NCBI GenBank assembly: GCA_015067925.1
Contig: SVLN01000003.1
Location: forward strand, 36,058-100,057
Direction: 5' to 3'
Length of the DNA stretch: 64,000 nucleotides
Source: Oscillospiraceae bacterium
GTDB taxonomy: Bacteria > Bacillota > Clostridia > Oscillospirales > Oscillospiraceae
The position numbers were made by a program, and so were the translations under genes. The notes under the pieces were generated by a model that was not told the origin of the DNA, ran no database searches, and saw only the letters and a list, made by a program, of their open reading frames with translations. Position 1 is the stretch's first letter. Each line of letters opens with the position of its first letter. This document shows positions 23,862 through 33,613 of this stretch, one piece after another.

Positions 23862-23916
23862 TTTCATATAAATCCCAGCATTACACGTAGTTCATTAATT
23901 TTCGGAGGTGCTCTTT

Positions 23917-25032
23917 ATGAAACCCAAGGAATGCATCGCGATGCTGCTCGCCGGTGGCCAGGGCAGCCGTCTGTATGCACTGACGCAAAACAATGCAAAA
24001 CCCGCCGTTTCGTTTGGCGGCAAGTACCGCATCATCGACTTCAGCCTTTCCAACTGCACCAACTCCGGCATTGATACTGTTGGCGTTCTGACCCAGTATC
24101 GTCCCATGATCCTCAACGCCTATATCGGCACCGGTGAGGCCTGGGATCTGAACAATTCCGACGGCGGCGTTCACGTTCTTCCGCCTTACGCCACCCAGAA
24201 GGGCGGCGCCTGGTACGAAGGCACTGCCGACGCTATCTACCGCAACATCGATTTTATCGATGCCCACAATCCGGAATATGTTCTGATTCTGTCAGCTGAC
24301 CATCTGTATAAAATGGACTACAACAAAATGCTGCAGTTCCATAAGGAAAATAACGCGGACCTGACCGTTTCCGTCATCGAAGTTCCGATGGAGGAAGCCA
24401 GCCGCTTCGGCATCATGAGCGTGGATGAGAACATGTGCATCACACGCTTTGCCGAAAAGCCCAAGAATCCGGAAAGCAACCTAGCTTCCATGGGTATTTA
24501 CATCTTCACCTGGAGCGTGCTGCGCGATGCGCTGATGCGCGACCACACCACCCCCGGCTCCGAACATGACTTCGGCGGCAACATCATTCCCACCATGCTT
24601 GCCGAGCAGAAGCGTCTGTTCGCTTACACCTTCTCCGGCTACTGGAAGGACGTCGGTACCATCGACAGCTACTACGACTCCCAGTTCGAACTGCTGGAAG
24701 AGGACCCCGCGTTCAACATCTTCGAGGACGACATGCGCATCTACTCCAACTCCAACATGTCTCCTCCCCATTATGTCGGTCCTAACGCCCGCGTGGACGG
24801 CAGCCTGATCTGCAACGGCTGCACCATCTACGGCCGTGCCATTCACTCCATCCTCGCCTCTGACGTGCACATCAGTGCAGGCGCGGAAGTACGTGACTGC
24901 ATCATTCTGCCCGGTGCCCGCATTGAAGCCGGTGCCCGTCTGGTGCGCACCATCGTCAACGAAGGCGTCACCGTTCCCGAAAACACCATCGCCGGCACTG
25001 TCGACGGTGAAATCACCCTCATCGGCGAGTAA
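23917..25032 (+). CDS. glgC: Glucose-1-phosphate adenylyltransferase
   Basis: N-terminus [16 protein letters not shown], then [11 protein letters not shown]-terminal left-handed beta-helix repeats. GGAGGTG lies 6 nt upstream of ATG 23917. Confidence 0.95.
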   Translation: MKPKECIAMLLAGGQGSRLYALTQNNAKPAVSFGGKYRIIDFSLSNCTNSGIDTVGVLTQYRPMILNAYIGTGEAWDLNNSDGGVHVLPPYATQKGGAWYEGTADAIYRNIDFIDAHNPEYVLILSADHLYKMDYNKMLQFHKENNADLTVSVIEVPMEEASRFGIMSVDENMCITRFAEKPKNPESNLASMGIYIFTWSVLRDALMRDHTTPGSEHDFGGNIIPTMLAEQKRLFAYTFSGYWKDVGTIDSYYDSQFELLEEDPAFNIFEDDMRIYSNSNMSPPHYVGPNARVDGSLICNGCTIYGRAIHSILASDVHISAGAEVRDCIILPGARIEAGARLVRTIVNEGVTVPENTIAGTVDGEITLIGE

Positions 25033-25050
25033 GGAAAGGAGTTGTCATAA

Positions 25051-26154
25051 ATGGATTCTGTCATTGGTTTGATTTCTGCGAACTATACCAACAGCACCTT
25101 CGGTTCCCTTCTGGAGGAGCGCTGCTTCGCCTCCCTCCCCTTCGGCGGCAGATACCGTCTGATCGACTTTGCCCTGTCCAACATGGTCAACTCCGGCATC
25201 CGTACCGTCGGTATCGTCACTCCCAGCCACTACCGCAGCCTGCTTGACCACGTGGGCATCGGTATGGAATGGGGCCTGAGCCGCAAGGTTGGCGGTCTGT
25301 TCATCCTGCCTGGCTCCGCTTACGGCTTTACCGATCTGAACTCCAAGTTCCATCTGCGCGATATCATCAGCAACCGCGATTACATCGATCGCGACAGCGC
25401 CGACTATGTGCTCTTCAGCGCTACGAATAAGATCTACAACATGGACTATTCCCCGCTGATTAAGCAGCATGTCTCCTCCGGCGCCGACTGCACCTTCGTT
25501 TACAAGCCCATCATGGACGCCGACCGTACCGTTGGTCCCTTCCTGCAGCTGGGCGAAGGCGGCAAGGTCACCGGTTATACCCGCAATGCCTTCGGCGGCG
25601 GCAACCAGTTCATGGACTGCTTCATCATCAACAAGAGCCTTCTGTACCGCGTGATGGATGGCTTCGAGGAAGTCGGTTATCTGGATCTGCCCACTCTGCT
25701 GCTGGATCACTGTGGTCAGCTCAACCTGGCCAGCTTTGCCTTCCAGGGCTACCTGGGCTGCGTGGATACCATCAACGACTACGTTGCCTGCAACCGCGAT
25801 CTGTTCGACCGCAGCCTCAACCGTGAGCTGTTCTGGGGTCAGAACCGCATCCATACCAAGGTTCAGGACAGCGCGCCCACCAAGTATCTGCCCGGCGGCC
25901 GCGCCACCAACTCCTACATCTCCTCCGGCTGCATCATCGAAGGCACCGTGGAAAACAGCATCCTGTTCCGTAATGTCCACGTCAAGAAGGGTGCCGTTGT
26001 ACGCAACTGCATCATCATGCAGCGCGGCATCATCGGCGAACACGCTTACATGGAAAACGTGATTTGCGACAAGTTTGCCACCATCAGCAGCCACGTCACC
26101 CTGACCGGTACGCCTGAGAATTCCTTCCTGGTGGAAAAGAGACAGAAATTCTGA
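25051..26154 (+). CDS. glgD: Glucose-1-phosphate adenylyltransferase regulatory-like subunit GlgD
   Basis: A GlgC paralogue lacking the GGxGxRL motif (LPFGGRYRLIDF retained). It occupies the position between glgC and glgA typical of Firmicutes. Confidence 0.9.
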   Translation: MDSVIGLISANYTNSTFGSLLEERCFASLPFGGRYRLIDFALSNMVNSGIRTVGIVTPSHYRSLLDHVGIGMEWGLSRKVGGLFILPGSAYGFTDLNSKFHLRDIISNRDYIDRDSADYVLFSATNKIYNMDYSPLIKQHVSSGADCTFVYKPIMDADRTVGPFLQLGEGGKVTGYTRNAFGGGNQFMDCFIINKSLLYRVMDGFEEVGYLDLPTLLLDHCGQLNLASFAFQGYLGCVDTINDYVACNRDLFDRSLNRELFWGQNRIHTKVQDSAPTKYLPGGRATNSYISSGCIIEGTVENSILFRNVHVKKGAVVRNCIIMQRGIIGEHAYMENVICDKFATISSHVTLTGTPENSFLVEKRQKF

Positions 26155-26167
26155 AAAGGAGTCAGCC

Positions 26168-27625
26168 ATGCCGAAGAAAAAGAAAACCAGCGTTCTCTTT
26201 GCAGCCTTTGAAGCCGTTCCGTTCATCAAAACCGGCGGTCTGGGCGACGTAGCCGGCGCTCTGCCCGGTATGCTCAACAGCAAAGACATGGACGTTCGTG
26301 TCATTCTGCCCAAGCTTTCTTCCATCCCCCGTCAGTACACGGATAAAATGGAATATGTCGCCTCTCTGACCGTCCCTCTGGGCTGGCGCAGACAGTACTG
26401 CGGCATTGAAACGCTCAAGCACGATGGCGTGACTTACTACTTCCTGGACAATGAATACTACTTCAAGCGCGACGGCGCTTACGGCTTTGGCGACGACTCA
26501 GAGCGTATCGCCTTCTTCTCCAAGGCTATTCTGGAGTGTCTGCAGTATCTGCCCGATTTCTTCCCGGAACTGATCCACTGCAATGACTGGCACACCGCCC
26601 TGGTTCCTGTGTTCCTGCATGAACATTACGGCCATCTGGCCCACTATCGGGATATCAAGGTTCTGTATACCATCCATAACCTGAAGTTCCAGGGAATCTT
26701 CCCCCGTTGGGATTGCGGTGATGTGCTGGGCCTGACCAACACCCCCGCCGAAACCCAGCTGCTTTGGGGCGACGCCATCAACTTCATGAAGGGCGCGGTC
26801 TGCTATTCTGATTGGCTCTCCACCGTCAGCCCCACCTACGCCGATGAGATCTGCACCAGCTACTACGGTGAAGGTCTGGATTCCATCTTCCGCAGCCGCA
26901 GAAGCCGTCTGAGCGGCATCCTGAACGGCATCGACATCAAGGAATACGATCCCGAGCACGATAAGCTGCTCAAGACGCCGTTCAACGTCGATGACCTGAC
27001 CGGCAAAGCAGAAGAAAAGGCCCGCATCCAGAAAGAGCTGGGCCTGCCCGTGCGCGAAGACGTGCCCATGATCACCATGATCAGCCGTCTGACCGAGCAG
27101 AAGGGCATGGATCTTCTGGTCTTTATTCTGGACGAGCTGCTGCAGGAGGATGTGCAGGTCGTGGTTCTCGGCATCGGCGATGCCAAGTATGAGCACGATA
27201 TGCGTCATTTCGGTTCTCAGTATCCCGAAAAGTGCGCCCCCGTCCTCAAGTTTGACACGGATCTGTCCCATAGACTCTACGCTGCTGCCGATCTTCTGCT
27301 GATGCCCTCGCTCTTTGAGCCCTGCGGCCTGTCCCAGATGATCGCCATGCGCTACGGTACCCTGCCCGTGGTTCGTGAGACCGGCGGTCTAAAGGACTCC
27401 GTAACCCCCTACAACCAGTACACCGGCGAAGGCACCGGTTTCAGCTTCAGCAACTACAACGCCCATGAGCTGCTGTTCACGCTCCAGTCGGCCGTTAAGC
27501 TGTATGCTGAGAATCCCGAGGCCTTCCATCAACTGCGCCGCAACGCCATGACAGCCGACTTCAGCTGGGTGGCCTCTGCAAAGCAGTATCGTGAACTGTA
27601 TCTGAATCTTCTCGGCAAAGGATAA
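26168..27625 (+). CDS. glgA: Glycogen synthase (GT5)
   Basis: N-terminus VLFAAFEAVPFIKTGGLGDV, and C-terminal PSLFEPCGLSQMIAMRYGT. Confidence 0.95.
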   Translation: MPKKKKTSVLFAAFEAVPFIKTGGLGDVAGALPGMLNSKDMDVRVILPKLSSIPRQYTDKMEYVASLTVPLGWRRQYCGIETLKHDGVTYYFLDNEYYFKRDGAYGFGDDSERIAFFSKAILECLQYLPDFFPELIHCNDWHTALVPVFLHEHYGHLAHYRDIKVLYTIHNLKFQGIFPRWDCGDVLGLTNTPAETQLLWGDAINFMKGAVCYSDWLSTVSPTYADEICTSYYGEGLDSIFRSRRSRLSGILNGIDIKEYDPEHDKLLKTPFNVDDLTGKAEEKARIQKELGLPVREDVPMITMISRLTEQKGMDLLVFILDELLQEDVQVVVLGIGDAKYEHDMRHFGSQYPEKCAPVLKFDTDLSHRLYAAADLLLMPSLFEPCGLSQMIAMRYGTLPVVRETGGLKDSVTPYNQYTGEGTGFSFSNYNAHELLFTLQSAVKLYAENPEAFHQLRRNAMTADFSWVASAKQYRELYLNLLGKG

Positions 27626-27631
27626 TCCCGC

Positions 27632-29548
27632 ATGCTCGCCTTTCATAATTCCCACGATTTAACCTATCGCGCGCCCTTTGGCGCAGCACCCACCAATACC
27701 GAAATCACCCTGGCGCTGGATCTTACCGATCCGGTGCCAGGGTATTCGTGTTCTACTCGTCTATGGCAGGAAGAATGCGGAGAAACTCTGATTCCCATGC
27801 AGAGCACGATTCTGCCTGACGGCACTGTTCGTTTTTCCTGTACCTTCACCACGGATTCTGAACCCGGTCTTCTATGGTACGCCTTCCGCATCATCTCCCC
27901 TGACGGAAGCACTTGCTATTACTGCAACCGTCCGGATGGTCTGGGCGGTGAAGGAACTCTAGAGCAGGAGCTGCGAAACTCCTACCAGATTACTGTTTAC
28001 CAACCCGCACCTGTGCCGCAGTGGTACAAACAGGCCGTGGTCTATCAGATCTTCCCGGAGCGTTTTGCCCGGGGCAGCGACTGGCTGCAACGGTTTGACG
28101 ACGCCCGCCATCCCGACGACTGGAAAGGTCCCCGCAGGTTCCTGCATGCAGATTGGGACGATCAGCCCTTCTACCTGCGCGCGGAGGACCAGTCCGTCAC
28201 CCATTGGGGCTTCTTCGGCGGTACTCTGGAAGGCATTCGCGAAAAGCTCCCGTACCTGCAGGAGTTGGGCATCACAGCCATCTACCTCAACCCTATTTTC
28301 GAAGCCGCCAGTAACCACAAGTACGATACCGCAAACTACCTGCGCATCGATCCCGGCTTCGGCGATGAAGAGAGTTTCCGCCGTCTGGCGGAAGACGCCA
28401 AACAGCGTGGCATCCGTCTGATCCTGGACGGTGTGTTCAGCCATACCGGTGCAGACAGCATTTATTTCAACCGATTCAGCAACTACAAGGCCGTCGGCGC
28501 CTGTCAGAGCGAAGAATCGCCGTACTATGATTGGTATCGCTTCAAGCGCTATCCCGGCGAATACGAAGCCTGGTGGGGCGTCAAAGATCTTCCCAACGTG
28601 GAAGAGCTGAACGAAAGCTATCAGGACTTTATTTTCCGCGGTGATGACAGCGTCATTCGCCATTGGCTGCGCTGCGGTGCCAGTGGCTGGCGTCTGGATG
28701 TGGCGGATGAACTGCCTGACAGCTTCATCGAAGGCATCCGCACCGCCATCAAGGAAGAAAACCCCGACGCCCTTTTGATGGGCGAGGTGTGGGAGGACGC
28801 CAGCAACAAGCGCAGCTACGATGAGCTGCGGCGCTACCTGCTGGGCAGCGAGCTGGACTGCACCATGCACTACCCCTTCCGCACAGCCATGCTTGATTTC
28901 TTCCTGGGCAAAACCGGAGCCGAGACTGTTGCTGCTCAGATGATGAGCCTGAAGGAAAATTATCCGCCGGAGAATTACTATGGCGCTCTGAATCTGGTGG
29001 GCAGCCATGACCGCGTGCGCGTTCTGAGCATGCTGGGCGAGGCCCCAGAGCATTTGAGCGAGAAGGATCAGCAGCTGTATCGACTAAGTGATGAACAGCT
29101 TCATCTGGCCAAACGCCGCCTGAAAGCATTGAGCGTGCTTCAGTTTACTGCTGCAGGTGTCCCCTGCATCTACTACGGTGACGAGGCCGGTATGCAGGGT
29201 CTGAGCGATCCTTATAACCGCGCCCCCTTCCCCTGGGGCAAGGAGGACAAGGATCTTACCGATCACTACCGCGCGCTGATCACTCTGCGCAAGACAAATG
29301 AAGTGCTGGTTTCCGGTGACTTTCTCCCTCTGAACTGGGGAGACGATGTCTACGGCTGCCTGCGCCAAAATGACAAGGAGCAGATCCTCTGTCTTGTCAA
29401 CCGCAGCAGCACCGATACCGCCTCATGCAGTCTTCCCAAGATTATCAAACGCGTCAAGAGCCTGTTCGGCGCTTGTCGTATTGCGGAGGATTGCAGCAGC
29501 ATTACCCTCACTCCTCTGGGTTACACCGTTTTGCAAATTGAGCTATAA
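27632..29548 (+). CDS. GH13 alpha-glycosidase (neopullulanase/cyclomaltodextrinase-like), not a branching enzyme
   Basis: GH13 regions I-IV: LDGVFSHTG, GASGWRLDVADEL, MGEVWED, LVGSHDRVR. An N-terminal Ig-like domain. Confidence 0.85.
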   Translation: MLAFHNSHDLTYRAPFGAAPTNTEITLALDLTDPVPGYSCSTRLWQEECGETLIPMQSTILPDGTVRFSCTFTTDSEPGLLWYAFRIISPDGSTCYYCNRPDGLGGEGTLEQELRNSYQITVYQPAPVPQWYKQAVVYQIFPERFARGSDWLQRFDDARHPDDWKGPRRFLHADWDDQPFYLRAEDQSVTHWGFFGGTLEGIREKLPYLQELGITAIYLNPIFEAASNHKYDTANYLRIDPGFGDEESFRRLAEDAKQRGIRLILDGVFSHTGADSIYFNRFSNYKAVGACQSEESPYYDWYRFKRYPGEYEAWWGVKDLPNVEELNESYQDFIFRGDDSVIRHWLRCGASGWRLDVADELPDSFIEGIRTAIKEENPDALLMGEVWEDASNKRSYDELRRYLLGSELDCTMHYPFRTAMLDFFLGKTGAETVAAQMMSLKENYPPENYYGALNLVGSHDRVRVLSMLGEAPEHLSEKDQQLYRLSDEQLHLAKRRLKALSVLQFTAAGVPCIYYGDEAGMQGLSDPYNRAPFPWGKEDKDLTDHYRALITLRKTNEVLVSGDFLPLNWGDDVYGCLRQNDKEQILCLVNRSSTDTASCSLPKIIKRVKSLFGACRIAEDCSSITLTPLGYTVLQIEL

Positions 29549-29551
29549 GAA

Positions 29552-29579
29552 AAGGGCTCTGCCGTATGGCAGAGCCCTT
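29552..29579. terminator. Bidirectional terminator
   Basis: AAGGGCTCTGCC-gtat-GGCAGAGCCCTT, between convergent genes. Confidence 0.7.
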
Positions 29580-29588
29580 CATTTGTTT

Positions 29589-30128
29589 TCAATCGTTTTC
29601 CGTGTCCTCAATCAGACCATAGCCGCCGTCATTTCTGCGATAAACTACCGCGAAGGCGTTGTCATTGTCCTCGTTGCGGAAGGCAAAGAAGCTGTGATCC
29701 AGAAGGTTCATCTGCAGAATCGCCTCATCCACACTCATGGGCTTGATGGCAAAGTTTTTGGTGCGGATCACATCGAAACCTTCTTCCACCTCTTCCACAA
29801 AGGAAGTCGGTTCTTCTTTCACATTGAAGGCATCCGGCCGTAATCTGCGGGACAGACGGGTTTTGTACTTGCGGATCTGCCGTTCAATGGAGGTTACCGC
29901 CGCGTCGATGGAAGCAAACATATCGCTGGTTGCCTCACTGGCGCGGAAGTAGGTCGATGCAACATGTAAGGTGAGTTCCACCTTGTTCATATTCTTTTCC
30001 ACACTGAAGGCGATCACCGCGTCTGTCTCTGCATTGAAGTAACGTTCCAACTTGGTTACTTTCTTCTCCGCATAGGCGTGTACGGATTGGGGTAGCTTAA
30101 CCTTTTTCTCTGTGTACCGGAATTTCAT
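29589..30128 (-). CDS. hpf: Ribosome hibernation-promoting factor (long HPF)
   Basis: N-terminus MKFRYTEKKVKLPQSVHAYAEKKVTKLERYF. C-terminal dimerisation domain (KTKNFAIKPMSVDEAILQM...). AAAGGAG lies 8 nt upstream of ATG 30128. Confidence 0.9.
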   Translation of the reverse strand: MKFRYTEKKVKLPQSVHAYAEKKVTKLERYFNAETDAVIAFSVEKNMNKVELTLHVASTYFRASEATSDMFASIDAAVTSIERQIRKYKTRLSRRLRPDAFNVKEEPTSFVEEVEEGFDVIRTKNFAIKPMSVDEAILQMNLLDHSFFAFRNEDNDNAFAVVYRRNDGGYGLIEDTEND

Positions 30129-30172
30129 GTGCGTCGCTCCTTTCAAGTAACTGCTTGGGGAATCCTATCTTT

Positions 30173-30200
30173 ATTATACCACATGTTTTGGATGATTCAA
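30173..30200 (-). promoter_or_regulatory. Sigma-A promoter of hpf (extended -10)
   Basis: On the minus strand, TTGAAT, 16 nt spacer, TGgTATAAT. Confidence 0.5.
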
Positions 30201-30259
30201 TACAGCGACTCGAACAAAGATTGACGCAAATTATTGTGCATCCTGCACAACTAACATTC

Positions 30260-30799
30260 TTATTTCCCGCCCTGTGTTTGTTCAATCAAGAAAGTCATGA
30301 TCTTCTGATACAGGGTTTCCGCATTACTCTGGTAGGCTTTTGCCAGGCGTCTTGCCTGGGGCAGGGACGGCGCAAGCACCTCCAGCGTCATCAGGCTCCC
30401 CTGCTCGTCATCCAGGCTCATCACAACGGCGTATTCCTCATTGCCCCGGGGCAGGATGTCCGTGCGCACCAGGTCCGTGCGGCGCTTGGCTCTGTTGAAC
30501 TTCTCCACCGCCAACAGCGCGCGCTGCAGCACAGGAGCCGCAACGGTATCCTCGGTGAGGCTTCCGTCCTCTCTTCCCTTTTCGGTAATGGAATAAAGGC
30601 CATTTTCATCCACGCTCAAATGGCCGCTTCCAACCAACTGAGGAAGGGCCTCGCAAACATCAAAATAACTGAGCTTATCGTCCTGATAGCACAATTCAAA
30701 GGTCTTCTGCGCATCCATGGGATAGTCCGCATGGGCCATTACATACAGAATCAGTACCTTGACATCCATCATATCTCGAATAAAACCATGCACCTGCAT
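30260..30799 (-). CDS. DUF4364-like protein
   Basis: 179 aa. MQVHGFIRDMMDVKVLILYVMAHADYPMD... matches my recollection of DUF4364. AAGGAGG lies 7 nt upstream of ATG 30799. The ORF-track upstream extension is rejected. Confidence 0.6.
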   Translation of the reverse strand: MQVHGFIRDMMDVKVLILYVMAHADYPMDAQKTFELCYQDDKLSYFDVCEALPQLVGSGHLSVDENGLYSITEKGREDGSLTEDTVAAPVLQRALLAVEKFNRAKRRTDLVRTDILPRGNEEYAVVMSLDDEQGSLMTLEVLAPSLPQARRLAKAYQSNAETLYQKIMTFLIEQTQGGK

Positions 30800-30910
30800 A
30801 CTCGTGCCTCCTTTTTCTCCATTATATCCGACCCACTCTTGAATTACAAGCAAGATTCGGTCAAATCTCACCCCAGCTGCATATACTGCTGATGAGGAAG
30901 GAGGCGAAAT

Positions 30911-31714
30911 ATGAAAACTTCTGTCGTATTTATGGTTTTGGGCGGCGATCGGCGCATGCGCGCCTGTGCCGACGGGCTGCGCTCTTTGGGCTATCCTGTC
31001 TGTGATCTGCCGAGTCCAAACTTCGATACATTCACATCCCAGATAAAAGGAACCAATGTGCTCATCCTGCCGATTCCGGCCCTCTCCGGTGAATGCATCA
31101 ACGGAACCAGTCTTCAAGTCCAGCAAGTTCTATCTGCTGTCCCGCCTGCCACAGCGGTCTTTGCGGGTGTCATACCTACGGATCTGAAAATGCGCATCGT
31201 CGACTATAATCTCGATGAGGCTTTTCAGCAAGCAGGTGCCATCGCCACCGCGGAAGGTGCAATTTCCATTTTGATTCAGGAACTTCCCATCACATTGCAT
31301 GGCGCTACGGCTCTGATCATCGGAAACGGACGTATCGGAAAAGCGCTCAGCGAGCGGCTCACAGCTTTGGGGATGAAGGTCACGGTCAGCGCCCGAAAGG
31401 AGCAGGATTGGCAGGATATCGCAGAAAAGAATCTGCGAACAGATCACACAGGGGTCTACAACCACGGGCTGGACTATCATTGCATCATCAATACCGTTCC
31501 TGCCCCGGTTCTTTCGAAGGTGCAGTTGGCTCTTGTGCCAAAATCGTGTCTTCTTCTGGATCTGGCATCCAGGCCCGGCGGATTGGATTGGCAGGCCTGC
31601 GAGGAACTGGAGCTGCGTGCCATCCACGCTCTTGCCCTACCTGGCAAAACTTCGCCCAACTCCTCCGGCCTCGCCATCCGGGATACCGTTCTGGATCTCT
31701 TGAATCTTCGTTAA
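30911..31714 (+). CDS. dpaA: Dipicolinate synthase subunit A
   Basis: Motifs VLGGDRRM, AIATAEGAI, Rossmann IIGNGRIGKAL, and LASRPGGLDW...LPGKTSP. Confidence 0.9.
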   Translation: MKTSVVFMVLGGDRRMRACADGLRSLGYPVCDLPSPNFDTFTSQIKGTNVLILPIPALSGECINGTSLQVQQVLSAVPPATAVFAGVIPTDLKMRIVDYNLDEAFQQAGAIATAEGAISILIQELPITLHGATALIIGNGRIGKALSERLTALGMKVTVSARKEQDWQDIAEKNLRTDHTGVYNHGLDYHCIINTVPAPVLSKVQLALVPKSCLLLDLASRPGGLDWQACEELELRAIHALALPGKTSPNSSGLAIRDTVLDLLNLR

Positions 31715-31726
31715 GTGGGTGCTTCC

Positions 31727-32308
31727 ATGGAAAACACAACCATCGGTGTGGCGCTGTGCGGATCCTTCTGTACATTTTCCGCAGTTTTTTCCGCATTGCG
31801 AGCACTCAAAGAAACCTATCCGAATCTGATTCCCATTGCCTCCCCAGCCGTTTGCACCGTTGACAGCCGTTTTGGCAGTGCTGAGGAGAATCTGAATACC
31901 ATTGAGGAAATCTGCAGTCACCGCGTCCTTACCAGCCTGTCCGAAGTGGAACCCATTGGGCCCAAAAAGCTTCTGGATCTTTTGTTGATTGCTCCGTGTA
32001 CCGGCAACACGCTGGCAAAGCTGGCCAACGGCATTGCCGACACACCGGTGACTTTGGCCGCAAAGTCCCATCTGCGCAACAACCGCCCGATCGTTCTGGC
32101 CGTTTCCACCAACGATGCCTTGGGCGCCGGTGCGCAAAACATCGGAAAACTCCTGGCCAGGAAGAATATCTATTTTGTCCCCTTCGGACAGGACGACCCG
32201 CACGGCAAGCCCTGTTCCATGGTGGCGGATCTTTCTTATCTATTGCCGACGATTCAGCAGGCGCTTCTTGGGCAGCAGCTTCAGCCAATCCTGTTGCGGG
32301 GAGAATAA
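31727..32308 (+). CDS. dpaB: Dipicolinate synthase subunit B (flavoprotein)
   Basis: Motifs IGVALCGSFCTF, IAPCTGNTLAKLANGIADTPV, STNDALG. Start uncertain between ATG 31727 and GTG 31715. Confidence 0.9.
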   Translation: MENTTIGVALCGSFCTFSAVFSALRALKETYPNLIPIASPAVCTVDSRFGSAEENLNTIEEICSHRVLTSLSEVEPIGPKKLLDLLLIAPCTGNTLAKLANGIADTPVTLAAKSHLRNNRPIVLAVSTNDALGAGAQNIGKLLARKNIYFVPFGQDDPHGKPCSMVADLSYLLPTIQQALLGQQLQPILLRGE

Positions 32309-32313
32309 ACGAA

Positions 32314-32335
32314 AGCCCCCACGTTTGTGGGGGCT
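32314..32335. terminator. Bidirectional terminator
   Basis: AGCCCCCAC-gttt-GTGGGGGCT, between convergent genes. Confidence 0.65.
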
Positions 32336-32339
32336 CATT

Positions 32340-33596
32340 TTAAAACACCATATGGGAAAAGTAATCTTCTTCCGTTTCCGAGCGGCGCAGGCAGCGCAGG
32401 ATTCCGTCTTCATACAGATATACAGCACTCTTGAGGGTTGATGCATAGTTTGCATCCAGCGAAGCACAGTACGCACCGGCTCCATGCAAAGCAACCAGAT
32501 CGCCGGGATGTAGCTCAGGCAGCATATACTTGTTCGCCATTTTGTCTAAATGGTCCGACAACGGACCTGCCAGAGAATAGAATCTCCGACCTGCGGTTTC
32601 ACGACGGCCTACCACCGAAACATGGAACTGCATGTGGTTACCCACATGTCTCATGATTTTATTGATACCTGCATCCAGGATTACCAGCGGTCTAATCTCT
32701 TCATAGAAGGGCTTGATCAAACGAACGCCGCTGATCAAAATGCCGTGAGGGCCAACTGCATAACGGCCGAACTCTGTTTGAACCGGCACCAGCGCCAGGT
32801 CCAATTGCTGCGCACAAGTATGTACATATTCCGCAACAGTTTCGATCTGCAGAGGTCGTGTATCCGTGCAGCTGGGCGAAATCAAACCGCCGCCCAGATT
32901 ATAATACGCGATTTCGACCTTTGCTTTCTCCCGGATCCTCTGCGCAGCTACATGCAGCAGCTGCAGCAGCTTTCCCCAATAACGTGCATTGTCAACACCG
33001 CCCTTCAGGTGGCAGTGAAGCCCTACTGCACAGACGCCACGGGCCTTCAGCAGACGGGCAACCTTCACCAGTTCCAGCGTATCCATTCCGAACTTGCGGC
33101 CTTCCGTGCGCACCACGATACGCGCGCCAACCTCCACATTTTTCTCCGGATGATATCGCAGGCCCAGCTGCGTTGGCAGCTTTTCCAGTTTGAGAAGGTC
33201 TTTGGCCATTTGTTCGGAATCGATCACGGTAGGAATGTCCTCTTCCGCTGCGCGCATCAGGTCCTGTTCGGTCGGACAGATCGGCGCAAACAGAATCTGC
33301 TGCGTGCAGGCACCAGTGCGTCGAGCCAGCTCCAGTTCCAGGCCGCTTGTGCACAAAAGGCCCTGCCCGGATTCCAGCATCAGTTTCAGAACGCCCGGCA
33401 CATTCGCCGCTTTCACGGGAAAATACTGGCGAAACCCAGGGTTCCACGAGAAAGCCTCGAAGATCTTCCCTGACGTATCCCGGATTCCCTGCGCGTCATA
33501 AAGATAAAAGGGCGTCCGCTCCCGGGCTGCCAGATCGTCGATCAGCGGGTCCGGCAGGAACAGATTATCCGCTTCATAGTACGGATCCCTTCCCAT
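32340..33596 (-). CDS. Fold-III PLP-dependent decarboxylase family protein (diaminopimelate-decarboxylase-like, divergent active-site motifs)
   Basis: PLP-Lys context YFPVKAAN, then NLGGGL and EFGRYAVGP. The usual HxHxGSQ reads HCHLKGG, and GPxCESGD reads GPLSDHLD. ATG 33596 follows GAAAGGTG. Confidence 0.7.
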   Translation of the reverse strand: MGRDPYYEADNLFLPDPLIDDLAARERTPFYLYDAQGIRDTSGKIFEAFSWNPGFRQYFPVKAANVPGVLKLMLESGQGLLCTSGLELELARRTGACTQQILFAPICPTEQDLMRAAEEDIPTVIDSEQMAKDLLKLEKLPTQLGLRYHPEKNVEVGARIVVRTEGRKFGMDTLELVKVARLLKARGVCAVGLHCHLKGGVDNARYWGKLLQLLHVAAQRIREKAKVEIAYYNLGGGLISPSCTDTRPLQIETVAEYVHTCAQQLDLALVPVQTEFGRYAVGPHGILISGVRLIKPFYEEIRPLVILDAGINKIMRHVGNHMQFHVSVVGRRETAGRRFYSLAGPLSDHLDKMANKYMLPELHPGDLVALHGAGAYCASLDANYASTLKSAVYLYEDGILRCLRRSETEEDYFSHMVF

Positions 33597-33613
33597 GGCT
33601 CTCACCTTTCAAA

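Noticed and set aside
21288-23867. An 859-aa ORF antisense to glgP, the longest ORF in the window on that strand.
   Set aside because: The opposite strand encodes an unmistakable glycogen phosphorylase. The antisense product is low-complexity (G/A/V/L/H/Q-rich) with no recognisable motif. This is a typical shadow ORF of GC-rich, codon-biased genes.
30800-30910. CATATACT upstream of dpaA, and CATAAGTA/CGTATATA elements upstream of spoIVA and the SipL-like gene, considered as sigma-K or sigma-E -10 boxes.
   Set aside because: I could not find convincing matching -35 elements at the right spacing by eye. Calling them would need curated matrices or 5'-end data.
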